Of a stretch of 64,000 nt of DNA, positions 13,949 to 27,086 are shown one piece after another; within the stretch, counting starts at the first letter, position 1, and each line of letters begins with the position of its first letter. The notes under the pieces are model-generated. The model did not search any database, was not told where the DNA came from, and saw only the letters and a list, made by a program, of their open reading frames with translations. Source of the DNA: Protoeuglena noctilucae. Taxonomy: Eukaryota. Both the position numbers and the translations under genes were made by a program. Location: the NCBI GenBank assembly GCA_958009085.1, contig OY253673.1, positions 1 through 64,000 of the forward strand. The letters are read 5' to 3'.

Positions 13949-14552
13949 ACACGGCAGCTTCTCTCACCACGGCAGCGTCTGGTTAGAAGCGGCGGCGGGG
14001 CGCAGCGGGGTGTGGGCGGCACTAGTCATGCCTTGGTCATAGACTGACATGTAGGCGCCTGTGATGGGCGCCCATAGCCTCGGACGGACGCGGGAGGAGC
14101 GCCCTCTCCCAGCCCCCCACCCTCTGTCGCACCCCAGCGCGCCCATGCAGCTCGTGCGCTCCCGTCGCGGTCTCTTTCACCCCACCCATCCAGCGGACTC
14201 TGGCGGGAGCAGGAGAGTGCGCCACGCCCCAGCTCTCCGCCCTTCCAGCGTTGAGGTTTTCCAGGCTTGTGGCCCCACCCGCGTCATGCCAATGTCCTTA
14301 CCCTTGCACGCGCGACGACCACGGCAGGCACCCGCGCCCGTCGGGTATGTGCCGCCTCTGTGCTTTGCGCTTTGGGTTCCCCGCGCCCCCACGGACCGCG
14401 CATGCAGCCGCAGCGCTTCACACCCAAGTGCACAGACTCTCCACTCCTTAGCAGCTTCATAGCATCAAAGCCCGCCGCAGCGTGCCGCGGGCCAGCCTTG
14501 AAAGCCAAGCGAAGCACGCGTGATGCCAGACAGTGCGCTCTCTTCATCGAGC

Positions 14553-15963
14553 CTAGACGTTGCTGGTGAATCGCATGTTGAGTTGCACGATGCTGGGGTG
14601 GGGCCCGTCCTTGGCGATGCCGTTGGGTCGCCACGCCGGCACTTGCCTCAGCTTGTTGCGCTCCTGCTTGGCGGACTGGCTGGTGCGCGCCAGCTTGGCG
14701 GGGATGGGGTCGTTGATGTAGCCGGGGTAGCGGCCGATGGTGCCGTCCCACCCACTCCGGGACGGGTGGCTGGGCCGGAAGGGCACCACGTGGGGCCTCT
14801 CTACCTTGCCCGTCCCCTCCCCCTTGCTGCGGGTGACGACGAGGGTGGATGCGCAATGAGTGCCGATGCGGGTGCGAGCGGTGTGACTGGTGCAGGCGGT
14901 GCATGGTGAGCGAGAATGCTCTAGTGAAGCCTGTTCCCGTCTCACTTGTAGTCGTGCTCAGGCACGAAGGCGTAGGAGGTGCCCAGGTCTCGGTCGGGCA
15001 TGCCTGGGCCGCGGGGGTGGTGGCCGGAGGAGGGCTTGAAGGGAACCACCTTGACGCGGCGAGCCTCGACCTCGTCCCGCGTTAGGGGGAGCGAGTACGG
15101 GTCAGACTGCGAGCAAGTGGGCATGTGAGGTGCAGGGCGCTGTCACAGGCGCAGGGGTGGCACGTGTGCCTCTCAACCACATGCATGCCTGGGGCCAGCA
15201 ACATGCGTTCCTGCCCCCCCTCACCTCGTATGCGTACTCCCCCGTGTACCCCTTCCCCTTGCGCCCCATCTTCTCCCCCAGCGTGAGTCCGATGAACCCG
15301 TACGTCCCCCGCTGGTGGGGGCTGGTGCGGATGTTGGGCAGCATGTGCTTCACGTCCCCCTTCTTCAGCTTCCGATTGGGGCCGGGGTCGTCGATGTGAG
15401 CCATCATGCCACCCAGCGTGCCGTAGTAGTCACCCAGGCCCACCGACTTCTGCGGACGAAACACACCAACCATCGGCCATGTGCCCGCCACATGATAACC
15501 GGTGACCCAGCTGAGATTGACCGCAGCAGTAATAGCAGCATCTGTGCCGGGTCTCGCCTTCATGGGGTGCGATGGCCGGAATGGCGCCGGCCCCTTCCCC
15601 TCCTCCTTGGCCTTTCCTGGCCCCTCCTCCGAGGGCACGTCCCCAGACAGCAGGTCGCGGTAGGGCTCGTTCACGAACAAGGGCACGAAGCCCTCGTACT
15701 TCAGGACCTTGGGCTTGCCGCCCGGCTGCGGGGTCGAAGAGGGGTCAGTGGGGATGGATGCACGCGTGCTCAGAGACAGTCGCATGCCTTTCAGCGACAT
15801 CCGGGAGCGCCCATGCTGCCGCGCCGGGCACCCGCCGCTTGCATGACACCCGTCTCACCTTGAACGCCCCCGTCTTGGCATCCTTGGGCTTCGGTTTGTC
15901 GTAGGGGTCTGCCACGGCCAGGTAGCCCGGCTCACTGAAGGCCCCGAACAGGCTGATGGGCAT
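14553..15963 (-). CDS. CFAP96: Cilia- and flagella-associated protein 96 (UPF0602/C4orf47 family)
   Basis: Spliced protein MPISLFGAFSEPGYLAVADPY...FVPLFVNEPY...PFRPSHPMKKSVGLGDYYGTLGG...NIRTSPHQRGTYGF follows the family pattern (G.FSE..Y....D.Y; F.PS...KK..GLG.YYGT.GG), with repeated PFKPS/PFRPS motifs. Confidence 0.85.
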
Positions 15964-16858
15964 GGCCGCCGCGCGTCGGCGCGAGCGCGGGGTTCCGCCT
16001 CACGCCGACTGTCTCCGGACGCACTCCCTGCGCCGGGCGGGGGGTGGCGGCGGCGGTGCGCGGCTGCATGTGTTGGGGCAAGGGCGGGGCCTGCGACCGC
16101 GAATGCGGGGACCTCGGCCTCCGCATGGCTGCGACGCCGCACCTGAAAAATAAACACGGCAAATGCGGCAGGCGCTTGGCAGGCCAGACGACGCGGTGAC
16201 GTGGAAAGGTGAGCTGCAGGCAAGGGGTGGACGGCTCGGTGAGCGGCGGACGGAATCGCAAGCAGCGGTGCTGTGGTGACACGGTTGGACTCGTATGATC
16301 GGGTGGGTAGCGCGAAAGCGTTCCCGCGTCACGCGGCGGTCGGCAGAGGCGACCCATCCCTCGGACGACGCTTCCACCAGCAGCGCGCGCGGGAGAGGCT
16401 GATGATGCCGGTGCCCAGTTACGCCGCCGGCAATGCATAGCACATATTGTCGCATGACACCGTCTGCAGCCCCGAGCTCCCCAGCCTGGCGGAGACCTGG
16501 CCCACACATGTTGGTGTGCGTGGGAGTGCCGGCCCACCTGGATGAGACGCAGTGTTGAGCCCCTGAGAACGCAAGAATATCCTTGTTGCTGCTAGAGGGA
16601 GGAATGCGGTGGACGAGGGGCTCTGGGCTAGCGAGGGGGGCGCGCGGCTCGCAAGAACGCCGTGCGGCCGCAAGAACAAGCGTGATGCTTCGCTGTAACA
16701 CCAGGCCGCAGCTCACGACGCTAACTCCGCGGATGCAGCTATCGCCAGGCCAACTCTGCTTTCGATATCTCTAGCTCACGGGGTCTGGCCATCGCCCCAT
16801 CCTCCCGTCTCTGCCCTTCAGATCTCTAATCCCTCCCTGGTCTCGACGCGTTTTTCGT

Positions 16859-17519
16859 ATGGCATCTGTAGCAGATGATGCGGCGGCCACATCGGACCCG
16901 GGGCCGGCGGTCCTGCAGTTCTCGGAGGACAATGGCCCGGACGGGACGCTGCACTTCCAGGCGCGCGCTGCGCTTCTGCGCCCGAAGCCGGGCTGTCCCG
17001 CGTGTAGCAATGACGCTGCACGACTTGCTGAATCTCTTCGGAGCAGCAACGCGCGAGTCTACAGCCCGAAAACCGGCTAGAACCCATGCATCATGTCCCC
17101 TGCCTTCAGATCGTGAACCTGGGGCGTCAGATCTTCGCGTGGGTGGCTCTCAACGATGCGAGGTTGGATTCGTTGGCGGCGGCGTTCCCCCCGGCGTCGC
17201 AGGTGCGCAGAAACTGGGGCACGGTTGCGACCTGTGATGCGGCCTCGCGTTGCTGGCAACTGCGCCCGCGTGCCCGTGCATGATGGCCGGAATGCGCTGC
17301 CCATCGCAGGGTCCGGGCCAGTTTGGGGTGGCGAGCGAGCTTCTGGACCCCCACGGGGACCACGCCTCGGGGGCGGTGGGCAGGCGCCTGGCCAAGCTGG
17401 CGGGGGTGCCGGTGGCGTGCTGCGTGGGGGTGCCGGCGGCGATGACGGAGGTGGTGGCGCTGGCCGAGAGGCGACTGGCGCAGGAGATTCGCAGACTTTC
17501 ACCATTGCACAACACATAG
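16859..17519 (+). CDS. PSMG4: Proteasome assembly chaperone 4 (PAC4), 3 exons
   Basis: Spliced LHFQ|IVNLGRQIFAWVA...LDSLAAAFP...ASELL...ASGAVGRRLAKLAGVPV...AERRLAQEI matches the PAC4 pattern. Intron 1 is GC-AG (16961-17109). Confidence 0.85.
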
Positions 17520-17613
17520 AGCGTAGATGCGGAGCCACGCGATGTGGGGCTGGCAGTGCGTTGCATGAGAGCTACGAGTGCGTGCTCGTGGCAGCGTATT
17601 TCTTGAATGCACT

Positions 17614-20600
17614 TCAGTAGTAGCTGGCGACCTTGCGTCGGTGCACGGCCGTCTTGGCATCGGGGCTGCGGACGCCGCCGTCCAGGACCTGCACACAGGG
17701 ATGGGCGCATGCGTGTGCGTGCGTATGTGCATGGATGGGCGCATGCGTGTGCGTGCGTATGTGCATGGATGGGCGCATGCGTGTGCGTGCGTATGTGCAT
17801 GGATGGGGATGGGGATGCCACGGGATCGCAGCTGTCGATGTGTCAAAGCTGTCTCTGCCCATTGTTCCACTTGCCTCTGCGTAGATGACCCAGTGGTCCC
17901 CCGCGTCCATGCGTGACGCCACTTGCAGGTGCAGGTGCGCGATGCTGTCGCCCAGCACGGGGGCCTCGAAGCCAGGCTCAGTGACGACCTGGGGAGAGAG
18001 GGAGGGAGAGACATGGTGTGTGGTGCCAACTCAGCAGACAAACTGGGCAGGCTCTGCCGTGACTGCACCATCCCTGCCCCACCCATCAGCCACGATTGTT
18101 CCATTCATCCACCCATCAGCCATCCCTGCCCCACCCATCAACCATCCCTGCCCCACCCATCAGCCGTGACTGCCCCACCCACCAGCCATCCCTGCTCCCC
18201 CCCTCACCTCGACTCCCTCGAATCGGTCGGCACCGGCGGGGAACCGTGTGAGGAAGTGCTTGAGGGTGGGCTGGTATTTGCCCTCCTCCAGCACATTCAA
18301 CGCGAACTTGTCGCCCACCTGGGGGGAGGGAGAGGGGGTGGCATGGATGGTGTGCATGCAAGGGACCTGTCATGGTGAACACATGGTAGCAGTGTAATGC
18401 TATGGTCAACAGCAGTGTGCTGATATGATCAGCAACAGAGAGTGTGAGTGTGACTAACCATGCGCATGTGTCATGTCTCGCCTGCATGAGGGACTCGATG
18501 GCGCGGTCCTTGGCCACCGCCACCGTCAGCCCCAGGGGCTCAAACGACGCCTGCGTCACCCACGAGGCGACCATGGCGGACCGCGCGGGGCCAGACGCGG
18601 CCGTCACCACGTACAGGCCGCCGGAGACGCGCGCCAGGGCCTGGGGGTGTAAGGGTCACGGCAGCAGGCTCGTTGGGTACACACACGGGCGGCATGCAGC
18701 GGCGTGAGCGTGGGTGAGGCAGCGTGGGTGCAGGCTGCAGTGCGACGATGTGAGTCACCTTGGCGAGGGGCGCGGGCATCGACCCCTTCAGCGCGGAGAT
18801 CTTGTCCTTCTGCGTCAGCAACTGCGCCAGGTCTGCACGCACGGAGAGAAGGGAAATGGTCTGTGACAGGGTGGGTCATACATTATATACGGACACTCCC
18901 CCTTCTGGGGAAACGCTTCGTGTCCCCATCTGCAGCCGGGCATGCGGTCTTCCACAGTGGGATATACTATGCACCGTGCCCCCTCGCCTGTCCCCGCCTC
19001 TTCGTAGAGTTGGTAAGCGGCCTGGTCGGGCGTGGCCTTGAGGCGGAGGGGGTCCGCTGCCACATCCACATTCACCGCCACCATTTCTGGGGAACAGGGA
19101 AGGGGATGGAGAGACATGGAGCGAGTGGCATGGGAGCAGACACGCAGATGGACAGACATTCGACTGAGTGGCATGGCACAGATCCACGCACAGAGTGGGA
19201 GCAGGCACGCAGATGGGGAGACATGGAGTGACGAGTGGCATGTTGCAGATCGACAAGCACAGAGTGCCTGTCTGTAAGTGACCCCCCCCTACCACCCTCA
19301 CCTGCCACGAGGGTGTCTACGGGCTCGTCCTCTCCCCCAAACGACTCTGCCACGAGGATCTTCTGCTTGGGCTTGATGGCGGACAGGAGCACCGCGCGGG
19401 ACGACTGGGCCGTCTTGGACGTCGAGGGGGGGGACTGGGGGGGGAGGTGGGGGGTGGCATGGGCGACGTGCGTTGTCATGGTAAGGGTAGCCACTGTCAT
19501 GGTCAGGGTGGCGACTCTCATAGCATGGGCAGTGCGTGCATGGGGACGTGTTGACCGGGCAGTCACCGACCCCACCCCCCGTCTCACCAGCAGCACGATC
19601 CCCGCGCTCCTCCCGATGATGGCGACCAGCTCCTGCGGGTCCACCTGCATGAGATCCGCCATCTCCGTGGCCACCCCCGCCTTGGTGATGCCGCGGGCGA
19701 TGGTCTGGGACAGGCGGTCGCTGAAACCGTAGTCGGAGCAGTAGAGCACCGCCACTGAGATGGAAAGAGAACAGGATGTCTGTGTGAGCCGTAGTCAGAG
19801 CAGCAGAGCACCGCCACTGGGGGGAAGTGAGAGCAGGGTGTGCCTGTGAGCCACCACGTCTCGTCTGTCGCATCGCTACCTCCACCCTTCCGCATAGGCA
19901 GGGTCTCCCCTTACCCGACGCCGTCGCCTGCCCCGTCTGCTCGCTCCACGTCTTGTACTTGTCCACCAGCTCCGCCAGGTTGAATCGCAGCATGGGGCCG
20001 TGGCCCGTGGCGATCGTCGTCCACTCCAGGTTCGCCTGCTTGACCTTGCGAAGGGCCGTGGTCACCGACTGGGGGTGACAGGGGGGGGTTGTGTAAATGG
20101 GTAAAGGGCTTTGTCGCATGCGACGTGATGCGACATGGCAGCATGGGCAGTCCCCAGTCCGTAGGTGGGTGTGAGAAGATGTCAAGCTCACTGCCCCCCT
20201 CCATACCCACGCATCCCAACACCCACACGCACACACCCACACACACCCACACACACCCACACCCACCTTGGCGTTGGGCCTCATGAGGCAGTCGTAGTAG
20301 AAGGCGTAGTGGGGCAGCATCTCCTCCAGCGACACGTCGAAGGGCTGCGCCGTGCAGAGGTGGCTGCCGAATGCGTCGCACGTGAACATGACCCCCGTGC
20401 GGTGGTCGAAGGTGAACATGGTGTCGGGCCAGTGCAGGTTGGGGGCCATCACGAACTCCAGCACGTGGCCGCCCCCGAGGTCCACCTTCGTGCCCCCCTT
20501 CACCTCCTCCGCCTGGAGGGTGCGGCCGGGGTTGAGGCCGCGGAGGAACTGCGGGGGTAGTGAAGGTGGGGGTAAGGGTCAAGCACACATGTGTGCCAAG

Positions 20601-21715
20601 TCAGGTACCCATGTGCATGGGGCAAGCACACGCGCGTGAGACGCAGTGGATGAGGGCATTCATGGGGTCAAGCGCACGCGGGTGGTCAGTCAAGCACACA
20701 GGTGCCAAGACAGGCCCCCATGCATGGGCCGAGCAAGACACTCTCTCCCATATCTCCAACCCATTCCTGCATTCCCCTCCTCAACACCACCCCCACCATC
20801 CCCTCCCCTCACCTGCAGGCAGACCTTGGATCCCAGGGCCGTGCACCCGGGGTACCGCTCCAGCACGTCCCCCGCCAGGCCGCTGTGGTCCGGCTCCGTG
20901 TGCGACACGAGGAGGTAGTCCAGCGTGCGTCCCCGCGACGACAGCTCCTGGGCCAGGGCGTCCATGAAGAGACCGCGGAACTTCTCGTGACTGGCGTCCA
21001 CCAGAGCCGTCTTGTCCTCGCCGAAGATGAGGTAGGCGTTGTAGGTAGTGCCCTCGGTCAGGGAAAACTCAATGTCGAACCTGAGGGGAGGCGAGGAGGG
21101 AGGTGTGGGCGAGAGGGGCGGGCAGCGAGATGGGTACGCACGTTTGCATGAATAAAGGCGGGCCCCCCGCCCTTCCATCTCGCCTGGCGCGGTCCCAGTC
21201 GAGGCTGCGGATAGCCACCGTGTCCTCCGCCACCTCCACGACCTGCGCGCGAGGGAGACCGCATCGGTGAGGCGATGGAGGCAACCATCGCATCCACCTC
21301 CTCCAGAAATGGGGCTCGCCTGGATCTGCAGGCGCTTGTTCCCGTCGAAGGGACGAACGTCCGTGAATCGACCCGGCGCATCCGCCGTCGGCGTCTCCTG
21401 CGGGCCACGCGGGTCGCGGCGAGGTGATTGATAGATGGAGGCTCCGTAGCCGCGCCGCGCCCGTCCTCCCGCGGACAGTAGGGTTGCCGCCTTCGTTACG
21501 ATCGGATGCATCATCAGGGCTGTTTGGCGAGGCGAGTCGGGGAGCGCAGCGACCAGGCTCACCAGCGCGAGGGCGCGAGTTGCGACCGCCCTCTGCGGCC
21601 CACGCACGCGAACGTCACATGGCGCGGGGCGACATCTCGAGAGAGCCGAGCTGCGGACGCCCCGTCGCGTACCCGATTCGGCCACGCACGAGGCCGCAGC
21701 GCACGCGGAAGCCAT
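17614..21715 (-). CDS. FLVB: Chloroplast flavodiiron protein, B/Flv3-like (class C FDP: beta-lactamase-like + flavodoxin + flavin reductase)
   Basis: Transit-peptide-like N-terminus; IRSLDWDRARFDIEF, GTTYNAYLI, SHTEPDHSG, APNLHWPDTM, FTCDAFG, IATGHGP (canonical diiron ligands), YCSDYGFSDRL, AMVASWVTQASFEPLG, MDAGDHW, HRRKVASYY*. Confidence 0.95.
17698..17806. repeat. 36-bp tandem repeat x3 in the last FLVB intron
   Basis: GGATGGGCGCATGCGTGTGCGTGCGTATGTGCAT-type unit repeated three times. Confidence 0.85.
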
Positions 21716-22186
21716 GTGCGCTCACAAGCGATCAACGGTCACACGAGCCGCCCCGGTACCGTCGCGATACACTCATCCGCCAAGATCGGCGATCGTTATG
21801 CTCCTGGCGGGGTCGTCGGTGCGGTAATCCGCTCGATGGACTTGCAGCAGTGTCAACGTCAGCCGCCCGTGGCATGCGCCAGGCGCGCGGGCGCGAGGAC
21901 GCTTCAGCCCATGTTCTTCATCCCGTGCTCTAATTGCGAAATCGCAATCGTCCCCGAAGTCGAGACGCGGCCATCGCTTACGAAAGGCAGCGGGAAGCCA
22001 CGCTTACTGCACTCTTGCTAGCAGGAGAGCTTCCCGCCCCGTCCCGTGGATATCCGCCTCGATAGTACGTCACGTTCAGCTGGCGTTGCTGCGGGTTGTC
22101 TCGAGAGGCAGCAAGAGTTGCCTGGAGGCCCCGCGGAGGTTCCAAGCCGATAAGACCACCCCAGCGCTGCGGAAAAGCAAAGAAGT
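21716..22186. promoter_or_regulatory. Putative bidirectional promoter between FLVB and FLVA
   Basis: 471-bp CpG-rich spacer between the two divergent start codons. Confidence 0.6.
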
Positions 22187-25100
22187 ATGGCCATCTCTGT
22201 CGGTTCGAGCAGATCCGCGCACATGCGCACCGCTGGGCTGTCGCGGGGGGCCGTGGTTCCGCGGTCGGGCCCTGTCCCCGTCTCCCGCATCCGCGTCAAT
22301 GCTGGGAAGCGCGGCGCTCCCTGCGCGGCCTTAAAGGTCTCCAGCGGTGAGTCGGAGTGTTCGATCTAACGAATCGCTGCTGTGTGACACGCAAGCGGCC
22401 TTGGAAGATCACCGGAAGCGGTGCACGCCGATTACGCACATGGTTCCTATGTTCTCATGTTCCCTTCCCCGCAGCTGAGGCCGCCGGTGAGCCGAAGTAC
22501 GTCGACAGCGAGGGTCGGCCGGTGCAGGCCCCCGAAAAGGCGGCGCTGGTGGCCGTGGACGGCGTGGTGCAGCTCCCCATCGCCCCGGGCGTCACGCTCC
22601 TCCGCGGCACCACCCACAACCGACTCAAGGCACGCATGGGTTGGATGATGCGTGGGACCCTGCATGAGACCACACTCCATTTGCTCTTTACAGCTCACAT
22701 CACTGACATGATTGCTCGCTTTGTAACGCACACTCCTTCCACTCGCGACAGCTAACATCACTGACACGACCCCTCTGCTTAGCAACGCAGGTGGACGTGG
22801 AGTACGGTCTCAACGCGGGGTCGTGCGACAACTCGTACCTGGTGGTGGGGCGCAGTGCACGCGTGGTGGTGGACGTGCCTGACGAGGCGTACCTGGTGAC
22901 TGCGACTGTCCATGGCTGGGCTGGGCTGCCCATGAAATGCATGCATGCATGAGTGTGAGATGGCCATGCGTTGACAGCTCTGTTGTTGTTGTTGTCATCA
23001 TCGCAGGCGGACTGGCTCTCCCAGCTCAAGGCGCTGCTGGCCAACAGCGGGGGTGCCGCGGGCGTCACCGACCTCGTCATCACGCACCTCTCGCCCTTCC
23101 GCATCCCAGCCCTACGTGCATTCCTATCACTCAGAGCGTCCGAGGTACGCCAATGCCATGCCAACTCTGCAATGCCAGACGCCACACTACCACCACCCCA
23201 CTCGCATTGGCCAAGCACCCAGTCACACAGCCACTGCACAGTCGCCAACCACCCCATTCTCTGTCCTTCCCCAGGGCCGCGTGGACAAGCTCCGCATCCA
23301 CCTGAGCAACCCAGCTGCACAGGTGCTGCAGGCGGGGGTGGGTGCGGACGAGGACGGCCGTGCGCTGCTCAAGTATGGTGTGGACGTGAGGCCGGTCAAG
23401 GCGGGGGGAGGGGAGGTGCCTCTGGGGACGGGCGCGAGGGAGGTGCTGCAGCTGGGGCTGGTGCCGAGCCCCCGGTGGCCGGGTGAGAGTGACGGGGATG
23501 CTGACGTGACATTTGCTGAGATGATACACTGCTCTGTCGCACAGGCATTTGTCACTCCCATGCCCCTCTTGCTGACTGCTTTGACACGCAGTCACTTGTC
23601 ACTCCCCTGCTCCCCCCCCCCCCCCAAGACCTGATGACGGCCTCCTGCCCCACCCACACACCGTCACTCCCCTTCTCCCCCCCCAGATCTGATGACGGCC
23701 TACTACCCCCGCGAGCAGCTCCTCTTCTCCTCCAAGCTCTTCAGCGCCCACGTGGCCCCCCCGGACGCGGCTGACCCCTTCGACTCCGCGGGGCAGGCGG
23801 CGTTCGTGCCCCACTGGCGCCACTTCTTCGACACCACCCTCGCGCCCGTGGCCAGGCAGGCACTCGAGGCGTCCAAGGCGAGTAGGATGGGGGGGGGTGC
23901 TGTTGTCAGTCAGGTTCTATGCATGCAGGCAGGCATTTGAGGCGTCCAGGCGAGTGAAGGTGGGGGTCTGTTCTCAGCCTGGTTGGGTCGAATGCATGAG
24001 GGGGGCTGCGTTGACAATGACCGTGCTTACCATTGTCAGTAGTCAGGTTGTACGCCTGAACGGGGGTGCGTGAACAATAACAACTACGATCACGATGACC
24101 GTGTTTGACTGTCGCAGAAGCTGGGCGTGGTGCCGTCCGTGGCCCCCCGGGGAGTGTGGGCGTCGACGGGCGTGGTGCTGGGCAAGTGGGCGGGTTTGAT
24201 CCCCAGCGTGGCCCCAAAGGACGAGCGGCCCACGCGCATCCTCGCGCCCCTGCACGGGCCCGTCGTCAAGTGAGATACTAAGTTTGGTGAAGTATTTGTG
24301 GATGTGAAGTCTCTGGGTGGATGGGACTGAGTTTGTTGAGATGGAGTGGACGACTCAGCTAGTGCAGTCTGTGAGTGGATGGGAGTGGCCGTGGCTGAGC
24401 GTGACGTGATGCGATGCGCTGCCCCTGCTCCGTCGTTCGCAGGCAGAACGTCCCTCAGTTGTTGAATAGTTACGACCGGTGGCTGGCGCTGCAGCTGGAG
24501 GCGCAGGACAAGTGCGAGGTGGCGGTCTTCTACGCCAGCGCGTACGGGTGAGACGGGACGATGAGACGATGACGGTTGGGATGGGGGTGAGATGCGATGC
24601 TGAGTGGGGAAGGGGGGTAGGGTTGCATGAGAAGGAAAGGGTGAGACGAGGCGATGGCGGTGGGGATGACTGTGACTGTGTGGCATGACTGTGGGAAGGG
24701 TGTGAATGAGAAGGAAAGGGTGAGATGAGACGATGAAGGTGGGGAAGTGGGGACAGTGGGGCTGGGGTGCATGAGAAGGCAGGCAAAAGGGGGAGTGAGC
24801 TGGGGCGGGTGGGGGCAGCAGCGTGGCAGGCGTGGCAGTGCGTGAGGACTCCCGGTAAGCCTATAAGCCTACGACTGTCCCTCCCATCTCGTCCGTTGCA
24901 GCAACACGACGTCCATCGCCCAGGCGGTGGCGCACGGCCTGACGCGGTCGGGCATGGGCGTGAGCGTGGTGAACCTCGAGACGGCGACGGCGGAGGAGGT
25001 GGCGGAGGCGGTGCAGAGGTGCAGGGGGTTCGCGATCGGGTCGCCCACCCTGGGGGGACACATGCCCACGCAGGCGAGGGAGAGGGATGGCTGGTGGTGC

Positions 25101-26900
25101 TTGCCATGCAGTGTGGCCACATGGTGTGGTCGTGAACTGGGTGGTGCTGGTCACCATGCACTGCCACATGGTGTGGTCTTGACAAGAGAGTGGAACAGAG
25201 AGGAACGGGTGGTGTGGCTGACCATGCAGTGCCACATGGTGTGGTCTTGACCTGCCCCACAAACTAGCCTGCCCCCCGCCACCCCTCTCCGCACCCTGCC
25301 ATCCGCCCCGCAGGTCCAGGCAGCCCTGGGCGTCCTCCTGCAGCAGCCCAGCGTGTCCCTGCTCCCCTGCGGCGTCTTCGGGTCCTTCGGGTGGTCGGGC
25401 GAGGCCGTGGACGAGATCGCCGGGAAGCTGAGGGACGCGGGGTTCGCCTTCGCCTTCGACCCCATCCGCGTGAAGTTCAAGCCCAGCCAGGCGAGGGGGG
25501 GAAGGTGGAGGGGGACTTGGCGGTGTGAGTGGGGCTCGAGCAGACCAGACTCGGCGGCACTGGTGCACTCGAGCAGGGAGAGATGGAGGGGAACGCCCGT
25601 TCAGCATGAGCGGGACTCATCCTGCAGTGCTCTCGTGTCACGTTCGCACCCATCCACTCTCTTGCTCCGACCCCTTCCCCCAGGACACGCTGTTGGCGTG
25701 TGAGCAGGCGGGGGTGGCTTTGGCCACGGAGGTGCGCAAGGTGCAGAGGAGGCGCGAGACGGGCGTGGTGGCTAACGCGGCCCGGCAGACGGCGGCCTCC
25801 CAGGCGCAGCTGGCCATGGGGCGCGTCGTGGGGCCGCTGTGCGTCGTCACGGCCCGGTGAGCGATGCGAAGAGAGGGGCGAGGGTGTGGCACTCCATCCC
25901 AACCTGAAGTGGCCACCCCGTCCACCACTGCAGCTCCCCTGGTAGCTCCGCCACTGTCGCTCCCATTGCAGCACCGTCACTGTGGCTCCCATCGTAGCTC
26001 CACCATCTCAGCTCTCCCCTCCCCGCGCGCAGTGACAGCGACGCCACGGGCGCCATGCTGGCCTCGTGGGTGTCCCAGGCGTCCTTCAATCCCCCGGGCA
26101 TCACCGTGGCCGTCAAGCGCGACCGGTCCCTCGAGCCCATGCTCATGCGCGGGGCCAGCTTCAGGCGAGGTGGCCAGCGATGAACAGGGCAGGCACCGGC
26201 GGCACTGGGCAGTGCTGCAGACACTGACATTTATACCCATCCCGTGCTCAACCCCCTTTCATTTGGTCACCTCGGCCCATCCCGTGCTCACCCCTCCTTT
26301 CACTCCATCGCCCCCAGCCTGTCGGTGCTGGCGGAGGGCCCCAACTCCCGCAAGGCCATGCGGCAGCTCTCGCGCCCCCACGCGGCGGGTGCTGACCGCC
26401 TGGCGGGGCTGGACACCTTCGACGCCCCGGGGAATGGGTGCCCGGTGGTGGAGGGGGCTGCGGCGTACCTGGAGTGCACGGTGAGGGGAATGGGTGCCCG
26501 GTGGTGGAGGGGGCTGCGGCGTACCTGGAGTGCACGGTGAGGGGTGGAGTGTGCAGGGCGTGGCATTCTGCCTTGTATGCTCGGTCAGGGGTGGGGGGAT
26601 CGATGCGGCATGCAGGGTGGCAGGTGCCCTTGTGCGCATGGTGAGGGGTGGGAGCGATGGGTGCGATGTGCAGGGTGGTGTAACTCTGTGTCTACCCATG
26701 GTGAGGGTGGAATGAGACATGCACGTTTGCACCTCTCCACGCTCCATTTCCATCTCTCCTGCTCTCTCCGCCCTTAGGTGTCTGACCGCATGGAGGCGGG
26801 CGACCACTTTGCGGTGCTGGCGAGCGTGGTGGGGGGAGACGTGACGGACGCGGGGGCCGTGCCTGCCGTGCACCACCGCAAGGTCGGCAACCACTACTGA
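22187..26900 (+). CDS. FLVA: Chloroplast flavodiiron protein, A/Flv1-like
   Basis: Transit-peptide exon from 22187; RLKVDVEYGL, DNSYLV, THLSPFR and PSPRWP (non-canonical metal ligands as in Flv1/Flv2), SSKLFSAH, YASAYGNT, GSPTLGGHMPT, FGSFGWSGEAVD, AMLASWVSQASFNPPG, HHRKVGNHY*. Confidence 0.93.
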
Positions 26901-27086
26901 GCGAGAGTGGAAGAGGACACTGCTGCTGAGAGAGAGTGGTAAAAACCACCGCTGGTGGGGAAGTCAATACTCACTGTGGATTGCAAGGTCTGCAACGACC
27001 ACTGAGCACAGGGCGTGTGTCGTGGCCGTCGCTTTGCTCAACACAACCCCTGTCACCCCTCGCTTGAATCGACATTCAAATCCCCG

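Noticed and set aside
18060..25260. Intronic degenerate repeats (18060-18200, 24550-24740, 25095-25250) as mobile elements or introners
   Set aside because: They are local tandem duplications, unrelated to each other, with no shared termini between introns.
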